Assembly (NCBI GenBank): GCA_023444045.1 | Contig: JAEZRQ010000002.1 | Span: 76,102 to 140,101, forward strand | DNA: 64,000 nt | Reading direction: 5' to 3' | Source of the DNA: Candidatus Parcubacteria bacterium | GTDB lineage: Bacteria; Patescibacteriota; Patescibacteriia; Patescibacteriales; UBA12465 | Shown: in pieces, positions 44,110 through 54,175 of the stretch | How positions within the stretch are numbered: the stretch's first letter is position 1 | Layout: each line of letters opens with the position of its first letter | Position numbers and translations under genes: made by a program | Notes under the pieces: model-generated | Database searches by the model: none | What the model saw: the letters and a program-made list of their open reading frames with translations, nothing else | What the model was told of the DNA's origin: nothing

Positions 44110-44598
44110 TTACTTTAAAGCTATTAATTTAGAATTCAAAGCACACATGGCAATGGCTAACGCATCAGCGGCATCATCCGGACGAGGGATTTCTTTTAAA
44201 CCTAGTAGCACTTTAACCATTTTCTGCACCTGATTTTTAGTGGCGGCACCATAACAAGCGACCGCCTGTTTAACTTGGGATGGCTTAAATTCAAATAATT
44301 TTAAATTATTCTGTTTAATGGTTAGTAAAATTACCCCTCGGGCATGACCAACAGTTAAAGCAGTTTTTACATTCTTACTAAAAAACAATTCCTCTACCGC
44401 GACCAAGTCAGGCTGGTGTTTTTTAATAATTTTATCTAGTTCCTGATGAAGCAGACTTAGCCTGGTGATTAAATCGTCTTTAGGACTAGTCTTAACAGAA
44501 CCATAGCCCAGGCAAGTTATTTTTCCCTTGTCATCTTTAATAATCCCATACCCAGTATCGGCAATTCCCGGATCAAGGCCTAAGATTATTTTTGGCAT
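44110..44598 (-). CDS. ruvC: crossover junction endodeoxyribonuclease RuvC
   Basis: ILGLDPGIADTGYGII N-terminus and DAADALAIA C-terminal motif. Confidence 0.9.
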   Translation of the reverse strand: MPKIILGLDPGIADTGYGIIKDDKGKITCLGYGSVKTSPKDDLITRLSLLHQELDKIIKKHQPDLVAVEELFFSKNVKTALTVGHARGVILLTIKQNNLKLFEFKPSQVKQAVACYGAATKNQVQKMVKVLLGLKEIPRPDDAADALAIAMCALNSKLIALK

Positions 44599-44600
44599 AT

Positions 44601-45323
44601 TTATAAGTCAGTATTAGTATAGTAATCACTAATGTCTTCATTATCCTCCATCTCTTCAAAGAATTTCTCCACTTTAACGGCATCATCATCGCTTAAAGAA
44701 ACTTTTTCTTTAGCCACATATTCAATTTCGCCAGAGTCAGTTTTAATATTTTTAGTCGTTAAGAAGTCTTCCATTTTTTGAAAATCACTTAGAGCCGTAT
44801 AAATAGTTACTCCTTCGGCTTCTTTTTTGATATCTTCAGCGCCACCATCAATTAATTCCAGTTCCAAATCTTCAAAATTTATTTTCTTCGCATCAAGTTC
44901 TTCTTGGTTAATCATAAAAACACCTTTCTGAGAGAAATTCCACATCACTGAAGTAAAAGAACCGCCATTTTTAGTAAATAAATGCCTAATAGTTGAAGCC
45001 GAACGATTCTTATTATCGGTAACACTTTTAACAACTACTTGAATACCACAAGGACCTAGCCCCTCATAATAAAGTTCTTCCACGGTGACACCGCCAAGTT
45101 CACCAGTACCTTTTTTAATTGCCCTTTCAATATTATCTTTAGGCATATTAGCTTCACGCGCCTTATCAATCGCCGCTCTTAAGGTTGAATTAGTATTAGG
45201 ATCCCCGCCTTTTCTGGCCGCGATGGAAATGTTATTAGCTAATTTGGTAAAAATAGCGCCACGCTTAGCATCAACGAGCTCTTTTTGACGATGCGTTGTT
45301 GCCCATTTTGAGTGTCCTGACAT
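44601..45323 (-). CDS. yebC: YebC/PmpR family DNA-binding regulator
   Basis: MSGHSKWATTHRQKELVDAKRG signature N-terminus. Confidence 0.9.
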   Translation of the reverse strand: MSGHSKWATTHRQKELVDAKRGAIFTKLANNISIAARKGGDPNTNSTLRAAIDKAREANMPKDNIERAIKKGTGELGGVTVEELYYEGLGPCGIQVVVKSVTDNKNRSASTIRHLFTKNGGSFTSVMWNFSQKGVFMINQEELDAKKINFEDLELELIDGGAEDIKKEAEGVTIYTALSDFQKMEDFLTTKNIKTDSGEIEYVAKEKVSLSDDDAVKVEKFFEEMEDNEDISDYYTNTDL

Positions 45324-45448
45324 ATTTTTTAGAAAATCACTTAATTATTATTCGTTTTTAGCTTATCTTAAATTGAAATAAAAATCAATATTGGCTATAA
45401 TTAAAAGACCAATAAAATTGGGCAAAAAATTAATTAACTGAGAACAAT

Positions 45449-46354
45449 ATGGGTAAGTATAAAATAAAAACACTAGATGAAATAGTTCTAAAAGCTTTAG
45501 ATTTTTTTAGCATTAAACAACCAGAGAAGATTAATACAAAAACTTTTAGTTTTCCGATCGTTGCAGGTAGCGGCAACGCTTTTCAAACTGGAAAGACTAT
45601 CTTTGGTAATCAAGCGGCTGTTTTTGCTACTGAGAGTAATTTTAAAGAAGTGCTAAATAATTATGGTAAGCTAACTAAAGAAGTAGTAATAATTTCCGCT
45701 TCTGGAGAAAAGGATGCGGTTTGGGAAATTGAATTAGCTAAAGAACTTGGTTTTAAAACTTTTTTAATCACCTGCTCACCTGATTCTAGTGCCGCTAAAA
45801 TAGCTGATCAAGTTTTTTCTTATTCCAAGCTACCTGAACCATACACTTATAATACCTCTACTTATTTGGGGATGATTTTAGGGGCTACCGGCGAAAAGGC
45901 TCAGAATATTCAAAAAATTATCAAAAAAATCAAAGTCCCCAGAAAATTTAAACAATACCAAGCTTATTCCTTTATCCTGCCTGATAGGTTTCAGGAGCTT
46001 GGACCAATGTTAGATATTAAACGTCATGAATTGTTTGGCCCCAAAGTGTCGCTCCGAGCTTTCAGTTTTGGTGAGGCGCGTCATGCAAAGTTTGTTATCC
46101 GTGATAAAAAAGAGTTAGTAATTAGTTTTGGGAAAAATTTATATTTTGGCGACCCCGGATCACGCTTTGAAATTAACTTACCTGAAAAAATTGATTATGG
46201 AACACTGATGGCCGTCACTTATTATTTAGTTGGTTTAATCCAGAAATCAAAACCAGATTACTTTAAAAAAAATATTGAAAGATTTTGTTTAAACGACGGA
46301 CCACTAGCTTATGGCAGCGATAAACCATTTGAAATAATTGTGCCAGGAAACTAA
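45449..46354 (+). CDS. hypothetical protein (weak SIS-domain-like features)
   Basis: 301-aa ORF. GSGNA…VVIISASGEKD…FLITCSP is reminiscent of a sugar-isomerase fold, which is a weak call. Confidence 0.5.
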   Translation: MGKYKIKTLDEIVLKALDFFSIKQPEKINTKTFSFPIVAGSGNAFQTGKTIFGNQAAVFATESNFKEVLNNYGKLTKEVVIISASGEKDAVWEIELAKELGFKTFLITCSPDSSAAKIADQVFSYSKLPEPYTYNTSTYLGMILGATGEKAQNIQKIIKKIKVPRKFKQYQAYSFILPDRFQELGPMLDIKRHELFGPKVSLRAFSFGEARHAKFVIRDKKELVISFGKNLYFGDPGSRFEINLPEKIDYGTLMAVTYYLVGLIQKSKPDYFKKNIERFCLNDGPLAYGSDKPFEIIVPGN

Positions 46355-46360
46355 GAACAC

Positions 46361-46396
46361 AAAAAAACTCTGCCTAATGGGCAGAGTTTTTTTTAA
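46361..46396. terminator. bidirectional intrinsic terminator between convergent genes
   Basis: aaaaaaactctgcctaatgggcagagtttttttt. Confidence 0.7.
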
Positions 46397-46410
46397 ATTA
46401 ATATATTGTT

Positions 46411-47973
46411 TTAAATTAAACTTTTCCCACTCATTTCCTTAGGTTGCTTGAGATTAATTGTTTTTAAAATTGTTGGCGCCACGTCAGCCAAAGAGCCGCT
46501 AATTTTTAATTTATCTAGAACTATTTTTTGTTTTTTTGATTTTTTAAATTGATTAGCAACGACAATAAAAGGAACGGGGTTCATGGAATGCTCTTTAATT
46601 ATTTGCTTCTTCTTATTATCAAACATCACATCTGCATTACCATGATCGGCGGTGACTAAAACGGTACCATCATTTTTTAAAGCTTCAGTAACAATTTCCT
46701 TTAAACAATTATCTACCGTCTTTATTCCTTTTGTAGCAGCTAAAATATCACCAGTATGCCCAACCATATCAGCGTTAGCGAAATTAACTAAAATGAAATC
46801 ATACTTTTTTGCTTTGATTGCAGTAATTACTTTTTTAGTAATTAGTTTGGCAGACATCTCTGGTTTAGTAGCATAAGAATCAACTCTCGGAGATGGCACT
46901 AAAATTCTATCCTCCCCTTTGAAAGAAACTTCATTACCACCATTAAAGAAGTAAGTAACATGGGCATATTTTTCAGTTTCAGCAATTCTTAACTGCTTTA
47001 AGCCCGCCCGAGAAATTATTTCCCCCAAACAATTAGTCGGTCTGATTGAAGGAAAAACCACCTTTAAACCTAGTTTCTTATCATAATCAGTAAAAGCACT
47101 AAAATGTAGATTTTTAAATTTTTTGGTTTTTAGATCAGCTGATTTAAATTTAGAGTCAACAAAAGTTTTGCTAAGTTCCCTAGCTCTATCCGCACGGTAA
47201 TTAAAAAAGCACAGAGCATCACCGTCTTTAACCACTTGTCCTCCTTTAATAAATACCGGTTTAAATTCTTCATCATAAACCTGGTTAATATAACTAGTTT
47301 TTATTGCTTCTGCGGCACTACCAAACTCTTCACAGGCTCCATTTACAATTACTTGATAAGCTTTACTTATTCTCTCCCAGTGGTTATCGCGATCCATCGC
47401 ATAAAAACGGCCAGAAATACTAGCAATCTTTCCTACACCCAATTTTTTCATTTCTTTTTCAAGTAGAGATAAATAGTAAGCACCACTATCACGAGCCGTA
47501 TCGCGACCATCTAAAAAAGCATGAACAAAAACTTTTTTAAGACCTTCTTTCTTGGCAAACCGCAAGAGAGCAAATAAATGGTTTAAAGATGAATGAACCC
47601 GGCCATCAGAAACAAGCCCCATCAAATGCCAAGCCCCTTTAGTCTTTTTTAAGTGCTTTACTGCCGCTTTTAATTCTAAGTTACTGAAAAAAGTCTTATC
47701 CTTAATCGCTTGATCAATTTGCAGAAGATCTTGATAAACAACCCTGCCAGCTCCCAAATTAAGATGGCCAACTTCTGAATTACCAAACACTCCTTTAGGT
47801 AAGCCGACTTTTTCCTCAGAAGCGCTTAATAATTTAACTGGGTAATGCTTAGCTAGCTCCGAGAAAAATAAAGGCTCTGCTAAAGAAATAGCATTATTTT
47901 TTGACTTTTTAGCCACCCCCCACCCATCTAAAACTATTAAAATTGTTGTTTTTTTAGATAATTTTTGTTTCAT
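46411..47973 (-). CDS. gpmI: 2,3-bisphosphoglycerate-independent phosphoglycerate mutase
   Basis: LDGWG, GNSEVGHLNLGAGR and TADHGNA motifs. Confidence 0.92.
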   Translation of the reverse strand: MKQKLSKKTTILIVLDGWGVAKKSKNNAISLAEPLFFSELAKHYPVKLLSASEEKVGLPKGVFGNSEVGHLNLGAGRVVYQDLLQIDQAIKDKTFFSNLELKAAVKHLKKTKGAWHLMGLVSDGRVHSSLNHLFALLRFAKKEGLKKVFVHAFLDGRDTARDSGAYYLSLLEKEMKKLGVGKIASISGRFYAMDRDNHWERISKAYQVIVNGACEEFGSAAEAIKTSYINQVYDEEFKPVFIKGGQVVKDGDALCFFNYRADRARELSKTFVDSKFKSADLKTKKFKNLHFSAFTDYDKKLGLKVVFPSIRPTNCLGEIISRAGLKQLRIAETEKYAHVTYFFNGGNEVSFKGEDRILVPSPRVDSYATKPEMSAKLITKKVITAIKAKKYDFILVNFANADMVGHTGDILAATKGIKTVDNCLKEIVTEALKNDGTVLVTADHGNADVMFDNKKKQIIKEHSMNPVPFIVVANQFKKSKKQKIVLDKLKISGSLADVAPTILKTINLKQPKEMSGKSLI

Positions 47974-48100
47974 AAGGAATAATTAAGGTAAATTTTAAAA
48001 ACTAAGGGCAAATTGACTGAAAATCATCAAAGATGATACTATAAATTAATAATACTATAATAATCATATTAAAGACAATTCCCTAAAACTAAAGAATTTA

Positions 48101-49432
48101 TTGATTAGCGTTTTAATGATTTTGGTTAAATCGCTAATCGGTCTTAAAAGATTAATCTACGGCATAGCAATTATTGTTCTAAGGCCGCTTTTTTTGTTAT
48201 TTAAATTAATCCTTACTAAACCGCTAATTAAAGTTTATCACTTAATTTTTAAATTAAAGAAATCTTCATTAGCTGAAAGCCCTTGGCATGAACTTTTAAG
48301 ACAAAGGTTGGTTCACGTATTAGTACTTTGTTTGACTTTAATAATGATTATTCTCAACTTCTTTAACTTTTATGAAGATTCTCATCAAGCTAGTACTAGA
48401 GCTAACAAAACAATAATTTTTCATTTAGCTAAAAATGAATTTAGCACTATCAGTGATGAGAGCGCTTTAATTGAAGAAAAAAGTAATTTAAAACAACTAC
48501 TAACGAATAAATTTGACCAATATGAAGAAGGGGCGATGGCTCTGATTAATCGCCCCTGGCTGAGCTCCGGCGGTGAAGAGACTAATATAATAGCTTACGA
48601 AAATGATGCTTTAGTTAATAGAAATCCACTGACCCTAAATACTACTGGCTCAACAGAAACAAGTAGTGCTCGTGAAGGAATTATTTCTTACACTGTAGAA
48701 AACGGTGATACCGTTTCGGGAATTGCTAATAAATTTCAAGTCAGCGTCAACACTATTTTATGGGCTAATAATTTAAGCGCCTATAGCCTAATCCGCCCCG
48801 GTAATACGCTAACAATTCTACCAACTAGTGGTGTAATGCATAAAGTAAAAAGCGGTGAAACGGTTGGTAAAATTGCCCTACAATATGGCGTTGAAGAAAA
48901 AGATATCTTTAGTTACAATGACATCAAGAGCGCCAATAGTTTAGTTATTGGCCAAAATATAATTATTCCTGGCGGCCGAAAAACTACCACCCAAACAGCG
49001 GTAGCCAGTAAACCAAGTACACCGGCGAGCGTGGTAGAAAAATTAACCACCCCCAAGAAAGCGACTGATTCTGGATCAAGCATGGTCTGGCCAACTGAAG
49101 GTCACCGCATCACTCAGTATTATTCTTGGCGCCATACCGGTCTTGATATCGCTAACAAAACTGGAACCCCTCTTTATGCTGCTGAGGCTGGAACGGTTGA
49201 ATACTCCGGCTGGAGTAATGGTTATGGTTATAATGTTCTTGTCAACCATGGTGGCGGTAAAAAAACCAGATATGCTCACGCTTCAAAATTATATGTAAAA
49301 GTTGGCGATAAGGTTGCTCGTGGTGAGCAAATTGCTGCCATGGGTTCAACTGGTTGGTCAACTGGTCCTCATATCCACTTTGAAGTGATTGTAAACGGGG
49401 TTAAACAAAATCCTTTAAATTATATACGTTAA
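48101..49432 (+). CDS. LysM-domain M23 family metallopeptidase
   Basis: Two LysM repeats (YTVENGDTVSGIANKF…, HKVKSGETVGKIALQY…). M23 motifs HTGLDIA and GSTGWSTGPHIHFEV. N-terminal TM. Confidence 0.85.
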   Translation: MISVLMILVKSLIGLKRLIYGIAIIVLRPLFLLFKLILTKPLIKVYHLIFKLKKSSLAESPWHELLRQRLVHVLVLCLTLIMIILNFFNFYEDSHQASTRANKTIIFHLAKNEFSTISDESALIEEKSNLKQLLTNKFDQYEEGAMALINRPWLSSGGEETNIIAYENDALVNRNPLTLNTTGSTETSSAREGIISYTVENGDTVSGIANKFQVSVNTILWANNLSAYSLIRPGNTLTILPTSGVMHKVKSGETVGKIALQYGVEEKDIFSYNDIKSANSLVIGQNIIIPGGRKTTTQTAVASKPSTPASVVEKLTTPKKATDSGSSMVWPTEGHRITQYYSWRHTGLDIANKTGTPLYAAEAGTVEYSGWSNGYGYNVLVNHGGGKKTRYAHASKLYVKVGDKVARGEQIAAMGSTGWSTGPHIHFEVIVNGVKQNPLNYIR

Positions 49433-49437
49433 AAAAT

Positions 49438-49689
49438 ATGCAAATTATCTTGGGAATTATCTTTACTGCTGTTGGCTCAATGTTAGTAATTAAGACTGAG
49501 TGGTTCTTACAAAATTTTGGTCGCATTACTTGGTTTGAGGAAAAACTCGGCACCGATGGCGGATCGCGCTTAGGCTATAAATTATTAGGCATACTAATTA
49601 TTTTTATTGGCATTATTATGATGACTGGTAGTGGTGACAGTTTTTTCGGTTGGGCGCTTTCACCGCTGACTAAATACTCAACACCATAA
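49438..49689 (+). CDS. small membrane protein
   Basis: 83 aa with two hydrophobic helices, tightly following the M23 gene. Confidence 0.5.
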   Translation: MQIILGIIFTAVGSMLVIKTEWFLQNFGRITWFEEKLGTDGGSRLGYKLLGILIIFIGIIMMTGSGDSFFGWALSPLTKYSTP

Positions 49690-49735
49690 ATCTTGACCGC
49701 TTTTAATTATTAATATATTATAGAAAAGAAATTAG

Positions 49736-49809
49736 GGGCCCCTAGCTCAGCTGGTTAGAGCACCTGCTTTGCAAGCAGGGGGTCAAGGGTTCGAATCCCT
49801 TGGGGTCCA
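49736..49809 (+). tRNA. tRNA-Ala (UGC)
   Basis: Cloverleaf folded by hand: acceptor GGGCCCC/GGGGUCC with G3:U70, anticodon loop UUUGCAA, T-loop UUCGAAU. No encoded CCA. Confidence 0.92.
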
Positions 49810-49810
49810 C

Positions 49811-49837
49811 AAGCAGGTTTCATTACCTGCTTTTTTC
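49811..49837 (+). terminator. intrinsic terminator after tRNA-Ala
   Basis: aagcaggt-ttcatt-acctgctt followed by tttttt. Confidence 0.7.
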
Positions 49838-49862
49838 TAAGAGTTCACTAAAACTATATATC

Positions 49863-50018
49863 ATGGAAAACAGCAGCGTCTTCCCATCTTTAAATTTTGG
49901 TAAAACACCAATTTTTAAAGACTGGGGAAAAAGAATCATCCGACCGCGCAAAAAACAGGGGCAACTGGCAAAACCAAAAATTAAACCAGTAAAGCGGCCA
50001 GGAACTATGAAAAAATAG
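49863..50018 (+). CDS. possible 51-aa basic peptide
   Basis: MENSSVFPSLNFGKTPIFKDWGKRIIRPRKKQGQLAKPKIKPVKRPGTMKK*. It is bracketed by two strong terminators. The track ORF start at 49800 lies inside the tRNA. Confidence 0.3.
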   Translation: MENSSVFPSLNFGKTPIFKDWGKRIIRPRKKQGQLAKPKIKPVKRPGTMKK

Positions 50019-50039
50019 CCCCTCTGCAATTCAAAGTCA

Positions 50040-50079
50040 AAACACCCCCATAAAGGCAAAATGCTTGGGGGTGTTTTTA
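50040..50079 (+). terminator. intrinsic terminator
   Basis: acaccccca…tgggggtgt 9-bp GC-rich stem followed by ttttt. Confidence 0.75.
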
Positions 50080-50115
50080 AATGGCAAAAAACCTTAGATA
50101 TGATAAAATAAGTTT

Positions 50116-52911
50116 ATGACTACTAAAAATAAAGATAGGTTAATGATAATTGATGGGCATGCTTTAATCCACCGCAGTTTTCATGCTCTGCCCACTACAC
50201 TAACTACTAAAGATGGTCAGGTGGTTAATGCTGTTTATGGTTTTACCTCTTTTTTACTTAAGGCTTTTTTAGAATTTAAGCCAGAATATGTGGCTTTAAC
50301 TCTTGACCACAAAGGACCAACTTTTAGGCATGAAGAATATACAGAGTATAAGGGCACCAGGACCGCTGCCCCAGATGAACTCTATGAGCAGATTCCGATT
50401 GTAAAACAGGTGGCTCAAGTTTTAGATATTCCTATCTTTGAACTCGCCGGTTTTGAGGCCGATGATTTAATTGGCACAATCACTAAAAGAGCTGAAGAAG
50501 AAACTGAATTTGAAAGCTACATTGTTACCGGCGACATGGATAGTTTGCAACTGGTAAGCCCACAAACAAAAGTCTATGCTATGAGTCGCGGTTTAAATGA
50601 CAGCACTACCTATGATGAAGCACAGGTAAAAATTAAGTATGGCTTAACCCCTAATCAAATAGTAGATTACAAAGCTTTAAGGGGTGATGTCAGCGACAAC
50701 ATCCCTGGAGTTAAAGGAATTGGCGAAAAAACCGCTACTGAGTTACTCCAAAATTTTAAAAATTTAGATGGCGTTTACCAAGCGGCTTTAAAAAGTGACC
50801 CCAAAATAAAACCGAGGATTGTTGAACTTTTAAAGACATATAAAAAAGATGCCTACTTAAGCCAGGGACTGGCTACTATAAAAAGAGATATTGATTTAAA
50901 AATAAATTGGGAAGATTTGCGCCTTAACTCTTTTGATCTTAAAAAAGCCACCGCTCTTTTTTCTGAGTTAGAATTCCGTTCTTTAATCAGTAAATTAAAC
51001 CAAGTGAAAGGAGGGGGGAGTGAAGTTTCCGCGCCAAAACAGAGTTATAATGATAAATTTGAACGTAATCGTAAAGAAAAAAAATATTTATTAATTAACA
51101 ATGATAAAGACTTTAACTCCTTCTTAAAAAAAATAAAGTCTATCAAAGAATTTGCCTTTGACACGGAAACTAGCGGACTGGACCCAATTAACTGTGAACT
51201 GCTGGGCATTTCTTTCTCTTGGGAAAAGGATGGCGCATATTATTTAGATTTATCCAGTGGCAAGAAACAAGAAACAGCCGATCTTTTTAGTTACCAAAAA
51301 ACTAGTGAAAAAATAAATAATAAATGGCTGGCTGATTTAAAGGTTATTTTTAATAACCCTAAAATAAAAAAGGTAGCTCACAATGCTAAATTTGATTTAA
51401 GGGTTTTAGAAAATCAGGGAGTAGTAGTGGCTGGTTTACTATTTGATACCATGATTGCTTCCTACTTGCTAAATCCAGATAACAGGCAGCACGGACTAGA
51501 TGCTTTATCATTTAGAGAATTAGGCTGGGAAAAAATTTCTACCGAAGAAATAATTGGCAAGGGGAAAGAGCAAATCTCTTTTGCTCAAGCTGATCCAGAA
51601 AAAATTGCCCAATACGCCGGCGAGGATGCTAATTGCACGTGGCTACTTAGTAAAATTTTAAACAAAAAACTAAAAGCGGAAGGACTTGATAAATTACTTA
51701 ATGACATTGAACTGCCTCTTACTAACGTCTTGGCTGAGATGGAAGAAAACGGCATTACTCTAAATCCAAAAATTTTAAAAACCATTGAAGTCGATTTAAA
51801 AATTAGATTAAATAATCTGGCTGAGGATATTTATCAAAAATCAGGCTCAGAATTTAATATCAACTCCCCCAAGCAACTGCAAGAAATACTATTTAATAAA
51901 TTAGGAATAAGCACCAAGAATATTAAAAAAACCAAAACTGGTATTTCTACTGCCGATGATGAGCTGGAAAAAATCCGAGAAGAACGCGAAATTATTCCTT
52001 TAATCCAGGAATATCGCGAACTTAATAAATTACAAAGTACTTATGTGCTATCTCTCCCTGAACTAATTAACTCTAAAACAAAAAGAATCCATACTAGCTA
52101 TAACCAAACTATTGCTGCTACCGGGCGTCTTTCCTCAACTGAGCCAAACTTGCAAAACATTCCCACCAGAACCGAAGAGGGACAAAAAATTCGTTCGGCT
52201 TTTGTGGCGGCTAGCGGTTTTAAACTTGTAGGTCTTGATTACTCACAGATTGAGCTCAGACTCGCCGCCCATTTATCGGGTGACAAAAAAATGATTAAAT
52301 CGTTTAAAGACGGGGAGGATATCCATAGGGCTACTGCGGCGGAGATTAATGATGTATCTTTAAGTGAAGTGACAAAACAAATGCGCTATGAAGCTAAAGC
52401 AATTAATTTTGGCATTCTTTATGGACAGGGGCCTCACGGTTTAGCACAAACTGCCAAGATTCCCTACAGAAGGGCTCAAGAATTTATTGCTAAATACTTT
52501 GAGTCATACCGTGGGGTTAGAAAAATGATTAACGCCTCAATTGAAGAAGCTCGTCAAAATGGTTACGCTAAAACTTTATTTGGTCGCAGGCGTTATCTAC
52601 CAGAACTTGATTCCAGTAATATAATGATTCGTCGCTCAGCTGAGAGGATGGCCACCAACACTCCAATTCAGGGTACAGCGGCCGATTTAATTAAACTAGC
52701 AATGATAAACATTGATAAAGAAATTAAAGATTATCGTGAAGAAATAAAAATGCTCCTACAAATTCATGATGAGTTGATTTTTGAGATTAAAGAAGATAGG
52801 GTTAATTATTGGCTACCAAAAATCAAAAAACTAATGGAGGAAGTAATAACTTTAAAGGTGCCAATTATTGTTGAATCTGCTATTGGTGATAATTGGGGCC
52901 AGTTAAAATAA
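50116..52911 (+). CDS. polA: DNA polymerase I (5'-3' exo, 3'-5' exo-like and polymerase domains)
   Basis: IDGHALIHRSFHAL, the AFDTETSGLD exo motif, and polymerase motifs DYSQIELR, RYEAKAINFGILYG and QIHDEL. Confidence 0.95.
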   Translation: MTTKNKDRLMIIDGHALIHRSFHALPTTLTTKDGQVVNAVYGFTSFLLKAFLEFKPEYVALTLDHKGPTFRHEEYTEYKGTRTAAPDELYEQIPIVKQVAQVLDIPIFELAGFEADDLIGTITKRAEEETEFESYIVTGDMDSLQLVSPQTKVYAMSRGLNDSTTYDEAQVKIKYGLTPNQIVDYKALRGDVSDNIPGVKGIGEKTATELLQNFKNLDGVYQAALKSDPKIKPRIVELLKTYKKDAYLSQGLATIKRDIDLKINWEDLRLNSFDLKKATALFSELEFRSLISKLNQVKGGGSEVSAPKQSYNDKFERNRKEKKYLLINNDKDFNSFLKKIKSIKEFAFDTETSGLDPINCELLGISFSWEKDGAYYLDLSSGKKQETADLFSYQKTSEKINNKWLADLKVIFNNPKIKKVAHNAKFDLRVLENQGVVVAGLLFDTMIASYLLNPDNRQHGLDALSFRELGWEKISTEEIIGKGKEQISFAQADPEKIAQYAGEDANCTWLLSKILNKKLKAEGLDKLLNDIELPLTNVLAEMEENGITLNPKILKTIEVDLKIRLNNLAEDIYQKSGSEFNINSPKQLQEILFNKLGISTKNIKKTKTGISTADDELEKIREEREIIPLIQEYRELNKLQSTYVLSLPELINSKTKRIHTSYNQTIAATGRLSSTEPNLQNIPTRTEEGQKIRSAFVAASGFKLVGLDYSQIELRLAAHLSGDKKMIKSFKDGEDIHRATAAEINDVSLSEVTKQMRYEAKAINFGILYGQGPHGLAQTAKIPYRRAQEFIAKYFESYRGVRKMINASIEEARQNGYAKTLFGRRRYLPELDSSNIMIRRSAERMATNTPIQGTAADLIKLAMINIDKEIKDYREEIKMLLQIHDELIFEIKEDRVNYWLPKIKKLMEEVITLKVPIIVESAIGDNWGQLK

Positions 52912-52912
52912 G

Positions 52913-54175
52913 ATGAATAAAATTTCTAAAACAAAGATTGCTTTTATCGGCTATGGTATAGAAAACCAAGCCTTATTTTCTTGGCTTAAAAAACACAACG
53001 CTCCAGCAGAGTATACTTTTTGTGATAGCCGTGAAGAAATAATAAAGCCACTAAAAGGAGCTGCTTGGCGCGTTGGTAAAAATTATCTAAAAAACCTAGC
53101 TGATTTTGATGTTATTTTTAGGTCCCCAGGATGTCCTTTATTTTTGCCAGAAATAAAGAAGGTAAAAAATAAAATTAGCAGTGCGATGAATTTATTTATG
53201 GAACTCTGCCCAAGTAAAAACATTATTGGCGTAACCGGCAGCAAAGGTAAAGGAACGACTGCTAGCTTGATTTATCACATCTTAAAAAAAGCAGGCTACC
53301 AAGTTTTTTTAGGAGGAAATATTGGCATCGCCCCCTTCTCTTTTTTGGATAAAATAACCGCCGATTCTTATATCGTTTTAGAGTTATCAAGTTTTCAGCT
53401 GGAAGATTTTAAAGTTAGTCCTCGCTATAGCATCCTAACAAATTTATTTAAAGAGCATCTGGAACCAGCTGATCCAAATAACCCGAACTACCACAAAACT
53501 TTTAGTGACTATAAAAAAGCTAAATTAAATATTGCCATACATCCAGAAAATAAAATTTTATTAACTCATAAAAAACTGAAGAAGACTGTGAAAGGCTCAA
53601 AAATTAAATATTTTGAAAGTTGCGATTACCCCAGCAAATTAGCAGGGGAATTTAATAAAGAGAATATTGCGGCCGCCGTTTATTTGACGAGAATTTTAAA
53701 AGTTAAAGAAAATATTATTACAAAGGCAGTAGCTTCTTTTACTGGCTTACCACACCGCTTAGAAAAGGTGGCTGTTAAAAAAGGGGTTGCCTATTATGAT
53801 AATAGCTTTTCTACCACCCCTGAAAGTACAATCGCCGATTTAAAATCATTTCCTGGTGCCATAATTATGTTAGGCGGAGCCGACAAAGGGGCTAGTTTTA
53901 AAGAACTAGCTATGGAAGTTAAAAAAAGCGCTAAATTAGTGATTCTATTTAAAGGTAGCGCCTCACCTAGATTAAAAAAGGAAATTATTAATACTGGTTT
54001 TCCCACTAAAAAAATAATCACCGCTAACAGCATGGAGGAGGCTGTAAGAAAAGCCGCCATTAAAACTTCAAAAGGTGATACTGTTTTACTCTCCACCGCT
54101 TGTGCTAGTTTTGGTTTATTTAAGAATTATAAAGAAAGAGGTGATCTCTTTAAGAAATATGTCAAAGAGCTCTAA
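52913..54175 (+). CDS. murD: UDP-N-acetylmuramoylalanine--D-glutamate ligase
   Basis: N-terminal Rossmann-like IAFIGYGIENQA, P-loop GVTGSKGKGTTAS, 420 aa. Confidence 0.8.
   Translation: MNKISKTKIAFIGYGIENQALFSWLKKHNAPAEYTFCDSREEIIKPLKGAAWRVGKNYLKNLADFDVIFRSPGCPLFLPEIKKVKNKISSAMNLFMELCPSKNIIGVTGSKGKGTTASLIYHILKKAGYQVFLGGNIGIAPFSFLDKITADSYIVLELSSFQLEDFKVSPRYSILTNLFKEHLEPADPNNPNYHKTFSDYKKAKLNIAIHPENKILLTHKKLKKTVKGSKIKYFESCDYPSKLAGEFNKENIAAAVYLTRILKVKENIITKAVASFTGLPHRLEKVAVKKGVAYYDNSFSTTPESTIADLKSFPGAIIMLGGADKGASFKELAMEVKKSAKLVILFKGSASPRLKKEIINTGFPTKKIITANSMEEAVRKAAIKTSKGDTVLLSTACASFGLFKNYKERGDLFKKYVKEL

Noticed and set aside
54075-54158. The upstream start for murI given by the ORF track (301 aa)
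   Set aside because: The extra 28 codons overlap murD by 101 nt and encode hydrophobic nonsense. The conserved racemase N-terminus begins at ATG 54159.
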